DNA from: Synechococcus sp.
GTDB lineage: Bacteria > Cyanobacteriota > Cyanobacteriia > PCC-6307 > Cyanobiaceae
DNA: 64,000 bases
Reading direction: 5' to 3'
NCBI GenBank assembly: GCA_047285305.1
Contig: JBJBDL010000003.1
Coordinates: forward strand, 1,248,001 to 1,312,000
Shown: positions 63,499-64,000 of the stretch, in pieces
How the letters are laid out: each line of letters opens with the position of its first letter
Numbering within the stretch: the stretch's first letter is position 1
Position numbers and translations under genes: made by a program
Notes under the pieces: generated by a model
Seen by the model: only the letters and a program-made list of their open reading frames with translations
Databases searched by the model: none
Told to the model about the DNA's origin: nothing

Positions 63499-64000
63499 TC
63501 AGCTGTGAATGAACTGCAGGGCCAGAGCGTTGGTGGAAGCTTCGTAGAGGTCCATGGCAATGCGGGGCCAGATGCCGATCACCAGGGTTGGCACCAGCAG
63601 GCTCAGGCCAATCACCAGCTCCCTGGGGCGCATGTCAGCCACGCTGGCCAGCGCAGGAATCCTGGGGCCGAAGAACACCCGTCGGCACATGGAGAGCAGA
63701 TAAATCGGTGTGAGCACCAGTCCGATGGCGGCCAGCAGCACGGTGATCGATCTGAACACGGACGTGAAGGCTTCCTGGCTGGTGATGCCGAGGAACACGG
63801 TGATTTCACTGATGAAGCCACTCATGCCAGGCAGCGCCAGCGACGCCAGGGAGCTGGCAAGGAAGAAGGCAAACGTGATTGGCAGCGCCTTGGCCAGTCC
63901 GCCCATGTTGGGGATCGAAAGGGTCTTGGTTCGCTCGTAGAACACGCCCGTCACGAAGAACATCGCGGCTGCGATCAGGCCATGGCTCACCATCTGGAGC
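63499..64000 (-). CDS. ndhD: NDH-1 subunit 4, C-terminal part (5' end outside the window)
   Basis: [30 protein letters not shown]. Confidence 0.9.
   Translation of the reverse strand, partial: LQMVSHGLIAAAMFFVTGVFYERTKTLSIPNMGGLAKALPITFAFFLASSLASLALPGMSGFISEITVFLGITSQEAFTSVFRSITVLLAAIGLVLTPIYLLSMCRRVFFGPRIPALASVADMRPRELVIGLSLLVPTLVIGIWPRIAMDLYEASTNALALQFIHS

Overview
This window looks like marine picocyanobacterial DNA, most likely Synechococcus subcluster 5.1 (inferred from gene content). Positions 1 to about 13,400 are an AT-richer genomic island. It holds two tRNA-Ala(GGC) 3' fragments (att-like), a dead tyrosine integrase, a pseudogenised HK97-type capsid fragment, an excisionase-like HTH remnant, an RTX Ca-binding gene, many small ORFs, and two inverted NtcA-box/glutamine-riboswitch/DUF4278 modules. 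From about 13,450 to 64,000 is ordinary core chromosome (hisG, dnaA, gor, SulP, pyrC, tRNA-Leu, ndhL, trpA, hisIE, queD, clpB, petJ, petE, hemE, glgB, tamB, proA, folB, prlC, ndhD). Three unexplained signals stand out. (1) A 296-nt gap-free element with about 78% identity and a conserved terminator, present once in the island (3159-3654) and once in the core genome (34773-35200), carrying an SD-led 14-codon ORF. (2) A 3-copy hairpin motif upstream of a small Trp/Cys peptide family. (3) A divergent pair of candidate sRNAs with complementary cores, one with a (GGACT)n microsatellite. All alignments and counts were done by eye.
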